A stretch of DNA of 64,000 bases from positions 85,994,001-86,058,000 of the forward strand of contig JANJGN010000016.1 of NCBI GenBank assembly GCA_026770705.1, read 5' to 3'. Positions within the stretch are counted from its first letter, which is position 1, and each line of letters begins with the position of its first letter. Below are positions 15,001-30,000 of the stretch, piece by piece. The notes beneath the pieces are model-generated. The model was not told the origin of the DNA, did no database searches, and saw nothing but the letters and a program-made list of their open reading frames with translations. The translations under genes and the position numbers were made by a program. Source of the stretch: Isurus oxyrinchus (lineage: Eukaryota).

Positions 15001-18000
15001 TGGTGTACCTGAGTACCCAGACTGGATTGTGAAGTGTGGTGTTCATGAGTGTACAGACTGGATTGTGAAGTGTGATGTAACTGAGTAGACAGAATTGATT
15101 GTGAAGTGTGATGTACCTGAGTACACAGACTGGATTTTGAAGTGTGATGTACATGAGTACACAGACTGGATTGTGAAATGTGATGTAACTGAGTTCACAG
15201 ACTGGATTTTGAAGTGTGATGTATATGAGTATACAGACTGGATTGTGAAGTGTGATGTACCTGATTACACAGACTGGATTGTTAAGTGTGATGTACCTGA
15301 GTACACAGACTGGATTGTGAAGTGTAATATACCTGAGTACACAGACAGGATTGTGAAGTGTAATATACCTGAGTACACAGAATGGATTGTGAAGTGTGAT
15401 GTACCTGAGTACACAGACTGGATTGTGAAGTGTGATGAACCTGAGTACACAGACTGGATTGTGAAGTGTGATGTAACTGAGTAGACAGAATTGATTGTGA
15501 AGTGTGATGTACCTGAGTACACAGACTGGATTGTGAAGTGTGATGAACCTGAGTACACAGACTCTATTGTGAAGTGTGGTGTACCTGAGTACACAGACTG
15601 CATTGTGAAGTGTGATGTACCTGAGTACACAGACTGGATTGTGAATTGTGATGTACCTGAATACACAGACTGGATTGTGAAGCGTGATGTACCTGAGTAC
15701 ACACACTGGATTGTGCAGTGTGGTGTACCTGAGTACACAGACTGGATTGCAATGTGTGATGTACCTGTGTACACAGACTGGATAGTGAAGTGTGGTGTAC
15801 CTGAGTACACAGACTGGATTGTGAAGTGTGGTGTTCCTGAGTACACAGACTGGATTGTGAAGTGTGATGTAACTGAGTAGACAGAATTGATTGTGAAGTC
15901 TGATGTACCTGAGTACACAGACTGGATTTTGAAGTGTGATGTACGTGAGTACACAGACTGGATTGTGAAATGTGATGTAACTGAGATCACAGACTGGATT
16001 GTGGAGTGTGATGTATCTGAGTATACAGACTGGAATGTGAAGTGTGATGTACTTGAGTACACAGACTGGATTGTGAAGTGTGATGTACCTGAGTACACAG
16101 ACTGGATTGTGAAGTGTGATGGACCTGAGTACACAGACTGGATTGTGAATTGTGATGTACCTGAATAAACAGACTGGATTGTGAAGTGTGATGTAACTGA
16201 GTAGACAGAATTGATTGTGAAGTCTGATGTACCTGAGTGCACAGACTGGATTGTGAAGTGTGATGTACCTGAGTACACAGACTGGATTGTAAAGTGTGAT
16301 GTACCTGAGTACACAGACTGGATTGTGAAGTGTGGTGTACCTGAGTACACTGACTGGATTGTGATGTGTGATGTACCTGAGTACAGACACTGGATTGTGA
16401 AGTGTGATGTACCTCAGTACACAGACTGGATTGTGAAGTGTGATGTACCTGAGTACACAGACTGGATTGTGAAGTGTGATGTACCTGAGTACACAGACTG
16501 GATTGTTAAGTGTGATGTACCTGAGTACACAGACTGGATTGTGAAGTGTGATGTACCTGAGTACACAGACTGGATTGTGAAGTGTGATGTACCTGAGTAC
16601 ACAGTCTGGATTGTGAAGTCTGATGTACCTGAGTACACAGACTGGATTGTGAAGTGTGGTGTATCTGAGTACACAGACTGGATTGTGAAGTGTGATGTAC
16701 CTGAGTACACAGACTGGACTGTGAAGTGTGATGTACCTGAGTACACAGACTGGATTGTGAAGTGTGATGTACCTGAGTACACATACAGGATTGTGAAGTG
16801 TGATGTACCTGAGTACAGAGACTGGATTGTGAAGTATGATGTACCTGAGTACGCAGACTGGATTGTGAAGCGTGATGTACCTGAATACACAGACTGGATT
16901 GTGAATTGTGATGTATCTGAATACACTGACTGGACTGTGAACTGTGATGTATTTGAGTACACAGACTGGATTGTGAGGAGTGATATAACTGAGTACACAG
17001 ACTGGATTGTGAAGTGTGATGTACCTGAGTACTCAGAGTGGATTGTGAAGTGTGATGTACCTGAGTACACAGACTGGATTGTGAAGTGTAATGTACCTGA
17101 GTACACTGACTGCATTTTGAAGTGTGATGTACCTGAGTACACTGACTGGATTGTGAAGTGTGATGTACCAGAGTACACAGACTGGATTGTGAAGTGTGAT
17201 GTAACTGAGTACACAGTCTGGATTGTGAAGTGTGATGTAACTGAGTTCACAGACTGGATTGTGAAGTGTGATGTACCTGAGTACACAGACTGGATTGTGA
17301 AATGTGATGTACCCGAGTACACAGACTGGATTGTGAAGCGTGATGTACCTGAGTACACAGACTGGATTGTGAAGTGTAATGTACCTGAGTACACAGACTG
17401 GATTGTGAAGTGTGATGTACCTGAGTACTCAGACTGGATTGTGAAGTGTAATGTACCTGAGTACACACACTGTATTGTGAAGTGTGATGTACCTGAGTAC
17501 ACAGACTGGATTGTGAAGTGTAATGTACCTGAGTACACAGACTGGATTGTGAAGTGTGATGTACCTGAGTACACACACTGGATTGTGAAGTGTGGTGTAA
17601 CTGAGTACACAGACTGGATTGTAAAGTGTGATGTACCTGAGTACACAGACTGGATTGTGAAATGTGGTGTACCTGAGTACACAGACTGGATTGTGAAGTG
17701 TGGTGTTCATGAGTATACAGACTGGATTGTGAAGTGTGATGCAACTGAGTAGACAGAATTGATTGTGAAGTGTGGTGTATCTGAGTACACAGACTGGATT
17801 GTGAAGTGTGATGTACCTGAGTACACAGACTGGACTGTGAAGTGTGATGTACCTGAGTACACAGACTGGATTGTGAAGTGTGATGTACCTGAGTACACAT
17901 ACAGGATTGTGAAGTGTGATGTACCTGAGTACAGAGACTGGATTGTGAAGTATGATGTACCTGAGTACGCAGACTGGATTGTGAAGCGTGATGTACCTGA

Positions 18001-21000
18001 ATACACAGACTGGATTGTGAATTGTGATGTATCTGAATACACTGACTGGACTGTGAACTGTGATGTATTTGAGTACACAGACTGGATTGTGAGGAGTGAT
18101 ATAACTGAGTACACAGACTGGATTGTGAAGTGTGATGTACCTGAGTACTCAGAGTGGATTGTGAAGTGTGATGTACCTGAGTACACAGACTGGATTGTGA
18201 AGTGTAATGTACCTGAGTACACTGACTGCATTTTGAAGTGTGATGTACCTGAGTACACTGACTGGATTGTGAAGTGTGATGTACCAGAGTACACAGACTG
18301 GATTGTGAAGTGTGATGTAACTGAGTACACAGTCTGGATTGTGAAGTGTGATGTAACTGAGTTCACAGACTGGATTGTGAAGTGTGATGTACCTGAGTAC
18401 ACAGACTGGATTGTGAAATGTGATGTACCCGAGTACACAGACTGGATTGTGAAGCGTGATGTACCTGAGTACACAGACTGGATTGTGAAGTGTAATGTAC
18501 CTGAGTACACAGACTGGATTGTGAAGTGTGATGTACCTGAGTACTCAGACTGGATTGTGAAGTGTAATGTACCTGAGTACACACACTGTATTGTGAAGTG
18601 TGATGTACCTGAGTACACAGACTGGATTGTGAAGTGTAATGTACCTGAGTACACAGACTGGATTGTGAAGTGTGATGTACCTGAGTACACACACTGGATT
18701 GTGAAGTGTGGTGTAACTGAGTACACAGACTGGATTGTAAAGTGTGATGTACCTGAGTACACAGACTGGATTGTGAAATGTGGTGTACCTGAGTACACAG
18801 ACTGGATTGTGAAGTGTGGTGTTCATGAGTATACAGACTGGATTGTGAAGTGTGATGCAACTGAGTAGACAGAATTGATTGTGAAGTGTGATGTACCTGA
18901 GTACACAGACTGGATTTTGAAGTGTGATGTACATGAGTACACAGACTGGATTGTGAAATGTGATGTAACTGAGTTCACAGACTGGATTTTGAAGTGTGAT
19001 GTATATGAGTATACAGACTGGATTGTGAAGTGTGATGTACCTGATTACACAGACTGGATTGTTAAGTGTGATGTACCTGAGTACACAGACTGGATTGTGA
19101 AGTGTAATATACCTGAGTACACAGACAGGATTGTGAAGTGTAATATACCTGAGTACACAGAATGGATTGTGAAGTGTGATATACCTGAGTACACAGACTG
19201 GATTGTGAAGTGTGATGAACCTGAGTACACAGACTGGATTGTGAAGTGTGGTGTACCTGAGTACACAGACTGCATTGTGAAGTGTGATGTACCTGAGTAC
19301 ACAGACTGGATTGTGAATTGTGATGTACCTGAATACACAGACTGGATTGTGAAGCGTGATGTACCTGAGTACACACACTGGATTGTGCAGTGTGGTGTAC
19401 CTGAGTACACAGACTGGATTGCAAAGTGTGATGTACCTGTGTACACAGACTGGATTGTGAAGTGTGGTGTACCTGAGTACACAGACTGGATTGTGAAGTG
19501 TGGTGTTCCTGAGTACACAGACTGGATTGTGAAGTGTGATGTAACTGAGTAGACAGAATTGATTGCGAAGTCTGATGTACCTGAGTACACAGACTGGATT
19601 TTGAAGTGTGATGTACGTGAGTGCACAGACTGGATTGTGAAATGTGATGTAACTGAGATCACAGACTGGATTGTGGAGTGTGATGTATCTGAGTATACAG
19701 ACTGGATTGTGAAGTGTGATGTACTTGAGTACACAGACTGGATTGTGAAGTGTGATGTACCTGAGTACACTGACTGGATTGTGAAGTGTGATGGACCTGA
19801 GTACACAGACTGGATTGTGAATTGTGATGTACCTGAATAAACAGACTGGATTGTGAAGTGTGATGTAACTGAGTAGACCGAATTGATTGTGAAGTCTGAT
19901 GTACCTGAGTGCACAGACTGGATTTTGAAGTGTGATGTACGTGAGTACACAGACTGGATTGTGAAATGTGATGTAACTGAGTTCACAGATTGGATTGTGG
20001 AGTGTGATGTATCTGAGTATACAGACTGGATTGTGAAGTGTGATGTACTTGAGTACACAGACTGGATTGTGAAGTGTGATGTACCTGAGTACACAGACTG
20101 GATTGTGAAGTGTGATGTACCTGAGTACACAGACTGGATTGCGAAGTGTGGTGTACCTGAGTATACAGACAGGATTGTGAAGTGTGGTGTTCCTGAGTAT
20201 ACAGACTGGATTGTGAAGTGTGATGTAACTGAGTACACAGACTGGATTGTAAAGTGTGATGTACCTGAGTACACAGACTGGATTGTGAAGTGTGATGTAC
20301 CTGAGTACACAGACTGGATTGTGAAGTGTGGTGTACCTGAGTACACAGACTGGATTGTGAAGTGTGATGTACCTGAGTACACTGACTGGATTGTGAAGTG
20401 TGATGTACCTGAGTACACAGACTGGATTGTTAAGTGTGATGTACCTGAGTACACAGACTGGATTGTGAAGTGTGATGTACCTGAGTACACAGACTGGATT
20501 GTGAAGTGTGATGTACCTGAGTACACAGACTGGATTGTTAAGTGTGATGTACCTGAGTACACAGACTGGATTGTGAAGTGTGATGTAACTGAGTACACAG
20601 ACTGGATTGTGAAGTGTGATGTACCTGAGTACACAGTCTGGATTGTGAAGTCAGATGTACCTGAGTACACAGACTGGATTGTGAATTGTGATGAACCTGA
20701 ATACACAGACTGGATTGTGAAGCGTGATGTACCTGAGTACACAGACTGGATTGTGAAGTGTGGTGTATCTGAGTACACAGACTGGATTGTGAAGTGTGAT
20801 GTACCTGAGTACACAGACTGGATTGTGAAGTGTGATGTACCTGAGTACACAGACTGGATTGTGAAGTGTGGTGTATCTGAGTACACAGACTGGATTGTGA
20901 AGTGTGATGTACCTGAGTACACAGACTGGATTGTGAAGTGTGGTGTACCTGAGTACACAGACTGGATTGTGAAATGTGATGTACCTGAGCACACAGACTG

Positions 21001-24000
21001 GATTGTGAAATGTGATGTACCTGAGTATACAGACTGGAATGTGAAGTGTGATGTACCTGAGTACACAGTCTGGATTGTGAAGTTTGGTGTACCTGAGTAT
21101 ACAGACTGGATTGTGAAGTGTGATGTAGCTGAGTACACTGACTGGATTGTGAAGTGTGATGTACCTGAGTAGACAGACTGGATTGTGAAGTGTGATGTAC
21201 CTGAGTACACAGACTGGATTGTGAAGTGTGATGTACCTGAGTACACAGTCTGGATTGTGAAGTGTGGTGTACCTGAGTACACAGACTGGATTGTGAAGTG
21301 TGATGTACCTGAGTACACTGACTGGATTGTGAAGTGTGATGTACCTGAGTAGACAGACTGGATTGTGAAGTGTGGTGTATCTGAGTACACAGACTGGATT
21401 GTGAAGTGTGATGTACCTGAGTACACAGACTGGATTGTGAAGTGTGAAGTACCTGAGTACACAGACTGGATTGTTAAGTGTGATGTACCTGAGTACACAG
21501 ACAGGATTGTGAAGTGTAATATACCTGAGTACACAGAATGGATTGTGAAGTGTGTTGTACCTGAGTACACAGACTGGATTGTGAAGTGTGATGTACCTGA
21601 GTACACAGACTGGATTGTGAAGTGTGATGTACGTGAGTACACAGACTGGATTTTGAAGTGTGATGTACGTGAGTACAGAGACTGGATTGTGAAATGTGAT
21701 GTAACTGAGTTCACAGACTGGATTGTGAAGTGTGATGTACCTGAGTACACAGACTGGATTGTGATGTGTGGTGTACCTGAGTACACAGACTGGATTGTGA
21801 AGTGTGATGTACCTGAGTACACAGACTGGATTGTGAAGTGTGGTGTACCTGAGTACACAGACTGGATTGTGAAATGTGACGTACCTGAGTACACAGACTG
21901 GATTGTGAAATGTGATGTACCTGAGTATACAGACTGGATTGTGAAGTGTGATGTACCTGAGTACACTGACTGGATTGTGAAGTGTGATGTACCTGAGTAC
22001 AGACACTGGATTGTGAAGTGTGATGTACCTGAGTACACAGACTGGATTGTGAAGTGTGATGTACCTGAGTACACAGACTGGATTGTGAAGTGTGATGTAC
22101 CTGAGTACACAGACTGGATTGTGAAGTGTGATGAACCTGATTACACAGACTGGATTGTGAAGTGTGATGTACCTGAGTACACAGACTGGATTGTGAAGTG
22201 TGATGTAACTGAGTAGACAGAATTGATTGTGTAGTGTGGTGTACTTGAGGACACAGACTGGATTTTGAAGTGTGATGTACGTGAGTACACAGACTGGATT
22301 GTGAAATGTGATGTAACTGAGTTCACAGACTGGATTGTGAAGTGTGATGTACCTGAGTACACAGACTGGATTTTGAAGTGTGATGTACGTGAGTACACAG
22401 AATGGATTGTGAAATGTGATGTAACTGAGTTCACAGACTGGATTGTGAAGTGTGATGTACCTGAGTACACAGACTGGATTGTGAAGTGTGGTGTACCTGA
22501 GTACACAGACTGCATTGTGAAGTGTGATGTACCTGAGTACACAGACTGGATTGTGAATTGTGATGTACCTGAATACACAGACTGGATTGTGAAGCGTGAT
22601 GTACCTGAGTACACACACTGGATTGTGCAGTGTGGTGTACCTGAGTACACAGACTGGATTGCAAAGTGTGATGTACCTGTGTACACAGACTGGATAGTGA
22701 AGTGTGGTGTACCTGAGTACACAGACTGGATTGTGAAGTGTGGTGTTCCTGAGTACACAGACTGGATTGTGAAGTGTGATGTAACTGAGTAGACAGAATT
22801 GATTGTGAAGTCTGATGTACCTGAGTACACAGACTGGATTTTGAAGTGTGATGTACGTGAGTACACAGACTGGATTGTGAAATGTGATGTAACTGAGATC
22901 ACAGACTGGATTGTGGAGTGTGATGTATCTGAGTATACAGACTGGATTGTGAAGTGTGATGTACTTGAGTACACAGACTGGATTGTGAAGTGTGATGTAC
23001 CTGAGTACACAGACTGGATTGTGAAGTGTGATGGACCTGAGTACACAGACTGGATTGTGAATTGTGATGTACCTGAATAAACAGACTGGATTGTGAAGTG
23101 TGATGTAACTGAGTAGACAGAATTGATTGTGAAGTCTGATGTACCTGAGTGCACAGACTGGATTGTGAAGTGTGATGTACCTGAGTACACAGACTGGATT
23201 GTAAAGTGTGATGTACCTGAGTACACAGACTGGATTGTGAAGTGTGGTGTACCTGAGTACACTGACTGGATTGTGATGTGTGATGTACCTGAGTACAGAC
23301 ACTGGATTGTGAAGTGTGATGTACCTCAGTACACAGACTGGATTGTGAAGTGTGATGTACCTGAGTACACAGACTGGATTGTGAAGTGTGATGTACCTGA
23401 GTACACAGACTGGATTGTTAAGTGTGATGTACCTGAGTACACAGACTGGATTGTGAAGTGTGATGTACCTGAGTACACAGACTGGATTGTGAAGTGTGAT
23501 GTACCTGAGTACACAGTCTGGATTGTGAAGTCTGATGTACCTGAGTACACAGACTGGATTGTGAAGTGTGGTGTATCTGAGTACACAGACTGGATTGTGA
23601 AGTGTGATGTACCTGAGTACACAGACTGGACTGTGAAGTGTGATGTACCTGAGTACACAGACTGGATTGTGAAGTGTGATGTACCTGAGTACACATACAG
23701 GATTGTGAAGTGTGATGTACCTGAGTACAGAGACTGGATTGTGAAGTATGATGTACCTGAGTACGCAGACTGGATTGTGAAGCGTGATGTACCTGAATAC
23801 ACAGACTGGATTGTGAATTGTGATGTATCTGAATACACTGACTGGACTGTGAACTGTGATGTATTTGAGTACACAGACTGGATTGTGAGGAGTGATATAA
23901 CTGAGTACACAGACTGGATTGTGAAGTGTGATGTACCTGAGTACTCAGAGTGGATTGTGAAGTGTGATGTACCTGAGTACACAGACTGGATTGTGAAGTG

Positions 24001-27000
24001 TAATGTACCTGAGTACACTGACTGCATTTTGAAGTGTGATGTACCTGAGTACACTGACTGGATTGTGAAGTGTGATGTACCAGAGTACACAGACTGGATT
24101 GTGAAGTGTGATGTAACTGAGTACACAGTCTGGATTGTGAAGTGTGATGTAACTGAGTTCACAGACTGGATTGTGAAGTGTGATGTACCTGAGTACACAG
24201 ACTGGATTGTGAAATGTGATGTACCCGAGTACACAGACTGGATTGTGAAGCGTGATGTACCTGAGTACACAGACTGGATTGTGAAGTGTAATGTACCTGA
24301 GTACACAGACTGGATTGTGAAGTGTGATGTACCTGAGTACTCAGACTGGATTGTGAAGTGTAATGTACCTGAGTACACACACTGTATTGTGAAGTGTGAT
24401 GTACCTGAGTACACAGACTGGATTGTGAAGTGTAATGTACCTGAGTACACAGACTGGATTGTGAAGTGTGATGTACCTGAGTACACACACTGGATTGTGA
24501 AGTGTGGTGTAACTGAGTACACAGACTGGATTGTAAAGTGTGATGTACCTGAGTACACAGACTGGATTGTGAAATGTGGTGTACCTGAGTACACAGACTG
24601 GATTGTGAAGTGTGGTGTTCATGAGTATACAGACTGGATTGTGAAGTGTGATGCAACTGAGTAGACAGAATTGATTGTGAAGTGTGATGTACCTGAGTAC
24701 ACAGACTGGATTTTGAAGTGTGATGTACATGAGTACACAGACTGGATTGTGAAATGTGATGTAACTGAGTTCACAGACTGGATTTTGAAGTGTGATGTAT
24801 ATGAGTATACAGACTGGATTGTGAAGTGTGATGTACCTGATTACACAGACTGGATTGTTAAGTGTGATGTACCTGAGTACACAGACTGGATTGTGAAGTG
24901 TAATATACCTGAGTACACAGACAGGATTGTGAAGTGTAATATACCTGAGTACACAGAATGGATTGTGAAGTGTGATATACCTGAGTACACAGACTGGATT
25001 GTGAAGTGTGATGAACCTGAGTACACAGACTGGATTGTGAAGTGTGATGTAACTGAGTAGACAGAATTGATTGTGAAGTGTGATGTACCTGAGTACACAG
25101 ACTGGATTGTGAAGTGTGATGAACCTGAGTACACAGACTGGATTGTGAAGTGTGGTGTACCTGAGTACACAGACTGCATTGTGAAGTGTGATGTACCTGA
25201 GTACACAGACTGGATTGTGAATTGTGATGTACCTGAATACACAGACTGGATTGTGAAGCGTGATGTACCTGAGTACACACACTGGATTGTGCAGTGTGGT
25301 GTACCTGAGTACACAGACTGGATTGCAAAGTGTGATGTACCTGTGTACACAGACTGGATAGTGAAGTGTGGTGTACCTGAGTACACAGACTGGATTGTGA
25401 AGTGTGGTGTTCCTGAGTACACAGACTGGATTGTGAAGTGTGATGTAACTGAGTAGACAGAATTGATTGTGAAGTCTGATGTACCTGAGTACACAGACTG
25501 GATTTTGAAGTGTGATGTACGTGAGTACACAGACTGGATTGTGAAATGTGATGTAACTGAGATCACAGACTGGATTGTGGAGTCTGATGTATCTGAGTAT
25601 ACAGACTGGATTGTGAAGTGTGATGTACTTGAGTACACAGACTGGATTGTGAAGTGTGATGTACCTGAGTACACAGACTGGATTGTGAAGTGTGATGGAC
25701 CTGAGTACACAGACTGGATTGTGAATTGTGATGTACCTGAATAAACAGACTGGATTGTGAAGTGTGATGTAACTGAGTAGACAGAATTGATTGTGAAGTC
25801 TGATGTACCTGAGTGCACAGACTGGATTGTGAAGTGTGATGTACCTGAGTACACAGACTGGATTGTAAAGTGTGATGTACCTGAGTACACAGACTGGATT
25901 GTGAAGTGTGGTGTACCTGAGTACACTGACTGGATTGTGATGTGTGATGTACCTGAGTACAGACACTGGATTGTGAAGTGTGATGTACCTCAGTACACAG
26001 ACTGGATTGTGAAGTGTGATGTACCTGAGTACACAGACTGGATTGTGAAGTGTGATGTACCTGAGTACACAGACTGGATTGTTAAGTGTGATGTACCTGA
26101 GTACACAGACTGGATTGTGAAGTGTGATGTACCTGAGTACACAGACTGGATTGTGAAGTCTGATGTACCTGAGTACACAGTCTGGATTGTGAAGTCTGAT
26201 GTACCTGAGTACACAGACTGGATTGTGAAGTGTGGTGTATCTGAGTACACAGACTGGATTGTGAAGTGTGATGTACCTGAGTACACAGACTGGACTGTGA
26301 AGTGTGATGTACCTGAGTACACAGACTGGATTGTGAAGTGTGATGTACCTGAGTACACATACAGGATTGTGAAGTGTGATGTACCTGAGTACAGAGACTG
26401 GATTGTGAAGTATGATGTACCTGAGTACGCAGACTGGATTGTGAAGCGTGATGTACCTGAATACACAGACTGGATTGTGAATTGTGATGTATCTGAATAC
26501 ACTGACTGGACTGTGAACTGTGATGTATTTGAGTACACAGACTGGATTGTGAGGAGTGATATAACTGAGTACACAGACTGGATTGTGAAGTGTGATGTAC
26601 CTGAGTACTCAGAGTGGATTGTGAAGTGTGATGTACCTGAGTACACAGACTGGATTGTGAAGTGTAATGTACCTGAGTACACTGACTGCATTTTGAAGTG
26701 TGATGTACCTGAGTACACTGACTGGATTGTGAAGTGTGATGTACCAGAGTACACAGACTGGATTGTGAAGTGTGATGTAACTGAGTACACAGTCTGGATT
26801 GTGAAGTGTGATGTAACTGAGTTCACAGACTGGATTGTGAAGTGTGATGTACCTGAGTACACAGACTGGATTGTGAAATGTGATGTACCCGAGTACACAG
26901 ACTGGATTGTGAAGCGTGATGTACCTGAGTACACAGACTGGATTGTGAAGTGTAATGTACCTGAGTACACAGACTGGATTGTGAAGTGTGATGTACCTGA

Positions 27001-30000
27001 GTACTCAGACTGGATTGTGAAGTGTAATGTACCTGAGTACACACACTGTATTGTGAAGTGTGATGTACCTGAGTACACAGACTGGATTGTGAAGTGTAAT
27101 GTACCTGAGTACACAGACTGGATTGTGAAGTGTGATGTGCCTGAGTACACACACTGGATTGTGAAGTGTGGTGTAACTGAGTACACAGACTGGATTGTAA
27201 AGTGTGATGTACCTGAGTACACAGACTGGATTGTGAAATGTGGTGTACCTGAGTACACAGACTGGATTGTGAAGTGTGGTGTTCATGAGTATACAGACTG
27301 GATTGTGAAGTGTGATGCAACTGAGTAGACAGAATTGATTGTGAAGTGTGATGTACCTGAGTACACAGACTGGATTTTGAAGTGTGATGTACATGAGTAC
27401 ACAGACTGGATTGTGAAATGTGATGTAACTGAGTTCACAGACTGGATTTTGAAGTGTGATGTATATGAGTATACAGACTGGATTGTGAAGTGTGATGTAC
27501 CTGATTACACAGACTGGATTGTTAAGTGTGATGTACCTGAGTACACAGACTGGATTGTGAAGTGTAATATACCTGAGTACACAGACAGGATTGTGAAGTG
27601 TAATATACCTGAGTACACAGAATGGATTGTGAAGTGTGATATACCTGAGTACACAGACTGGATTGTGAAGTGTGATGAACCTGAGTACACAGACTGGATT
27701 GTGAAGTGTGATGTAACTGAGTAGACAGAATTGATTGTGAAGTGTGATGTACCTGAGTACACAGACTGGATTGTGAAGTGTGATGAACCTGAGTACACAG
27801 ACTGGATTGTGAAGTGTGGTGTACCTGAGTACACAGACTGCATTGTGAAGTGTGATGTACCTGAGTACACAGACTGGATTGTGAATTGTGATGTACCTGA
27901 ATACACAGACTGGATTGTGAAGCGTGATGTACCTGAGTACACACACTGGATTGTGCAGTGTGGTGTACCTGAGTACACAGACTGGATTGCAAAGTGTGAT
28001 GTACCTGTGTACACAGACTGGATTGTGAAGTGTGGTGTACCTGAGTACACAGACTGGATTGTGAAGTGTGGTGTTCCTGAGTACACAGACTGGATTGTGA
28101 AGTGTGATGTAACTGAGTAGACAGAATTGATTGTGAAGTCTGATGTACCTGAGTACACAGACTGGATTTTGAAGTGTGATGTACGTGAGTGCACAGACTG
28201 GATTGTGAAATGTGATGTAACTGAGATCACAGACTGGATTGTGGAGTGTGATGTATCTGAGTATACAGACTGGATTGTGAAGTGTGATGTACTTGAGTAC
28301 ACAGACTGGATTGTGAAGTGTGATGTACCTGAGTACACAGACTGGATTGTGAAGTGTGATGTACCTGAGTACACAGACTGGATTGCGAAGTGTGGTGTAC
28401 CTGAGTATACAGACAGGATTGTGAAGTGTGGTGTTCCTGAGTATACAGACTGGATTGTGAAGTGTGATGTAACTGAGTACACAGACTGGATTGTAAAGTG
28501 TGATGTACCTGAGTACACAGACTGGATTGTGAAGTGTGATGTACCTGAGTACACAGACTGGATTGTGAAGTGTGGTGTACCTGAGTACACAGACTGGATT
28601 GTGAAGTGTGATGTACCTGAGTACACTGACTGGATTGTGAAGTGTGATGTACCTGAGTACACAGACTGGATTGTTAAGTGTGATGTACCTGAGTACACAG
28701 ACTGGATTGTGAAGTGTGATGTACCTGAGTACACAGACTGGATTGTGAAGTGTGATGTACCTGAGTACACAGACTGGATTGTTAAGTGTGATGTACCTGA
28801 GTACACAGACTGGATTGTGAAGTGTGATGTAACTGAGTACACAGACTGGATTGTGAAGTGTGATGTACCTGAGTACACAGTCTGGATTGTGAAGTCAGAT
28901 GTACCTGAGTACACAGACTGGATTGTGAATTGTGATGAACCTGAATACACAGACTGGATTGTGAAGCGTGATGTACCTGAGTACACAGACTGGATTGTGA
29001 AGTGTGGTGTATCTGAGTACACAGACTGGATTGTGAAGTGTGATGTACCTGAGTACACAGACTGGATTGTGAAGTGTGATGTACCTGAGTACACAGACTG
29101 GATTGTGAAGTGTGGTGTATCTGAGTACACAGACTGGATTGTGAAGTGTGATGTACCTGAGTACACAGACTGGATTGTGAAGTGTGGTGTACCTGAGTAC
29201 ACAGACTGGATTGTGAAATGTGATGTACCTGAGCACACAGACTGGATTGTGAAATGTGATGTACCTGAGTATACAGACTGGAATGTGAAGTGTGATGTAC
29301 CTGAGTACACAGTCTGGATTGTGAAGTTTGGTGTACCTGAGTATACAGACTGGATTGTGAAGTGTGATGTAGCTGAGTACACTGACTGGATTGTGAAGTG
29401 TGATGTACCTGAGTAGACAGACTGGATTGTGAAGTGTGATGTACCTGAGTACACAGACTGGATTGTGAAGTGTGATGTACCTGAGTACACAGTCTGGATT
29501 GTGAAGTGTGGTGTACCTGAGTACACAGACTGGATTGTGAAGTGTGATGTACCTGAGTACACTGACTGGATTGTGAAGTGTGATGTACCTGAGTAGACAG
29601 ACTGGATTGTGAAGTGTGGTGTATCTGAGTACACAGACTGGATTGTGAAGTGTGATGTACCTGAGTACACAGACTGGATTGTGAAGTGTGAAGTACCTGA
29701 GTACACAGACTGGATTGTTAAGTGTGATGTACCTGAGTACACAGACAGGATTGTGAAGTGTAATATACCTGAGTACACAGAATGGATTGTGAAGTGTGTT
29801 GTACCTGAGTACACAGACTGGATTGTGAAGTGTGATGTACCTGAGTACACAGACTGGATTGTGAAGTGTGATGTACGTGAGTACACAGACTGGATTTTGA
29901 AGTGTGATGTACGTGAGTACACAGACTGGATTGTGAAATGTGATGTAACTGAGTTCACAGACTGGATTGTGAAGTGTGATGTACCTGAGTACACAGACTG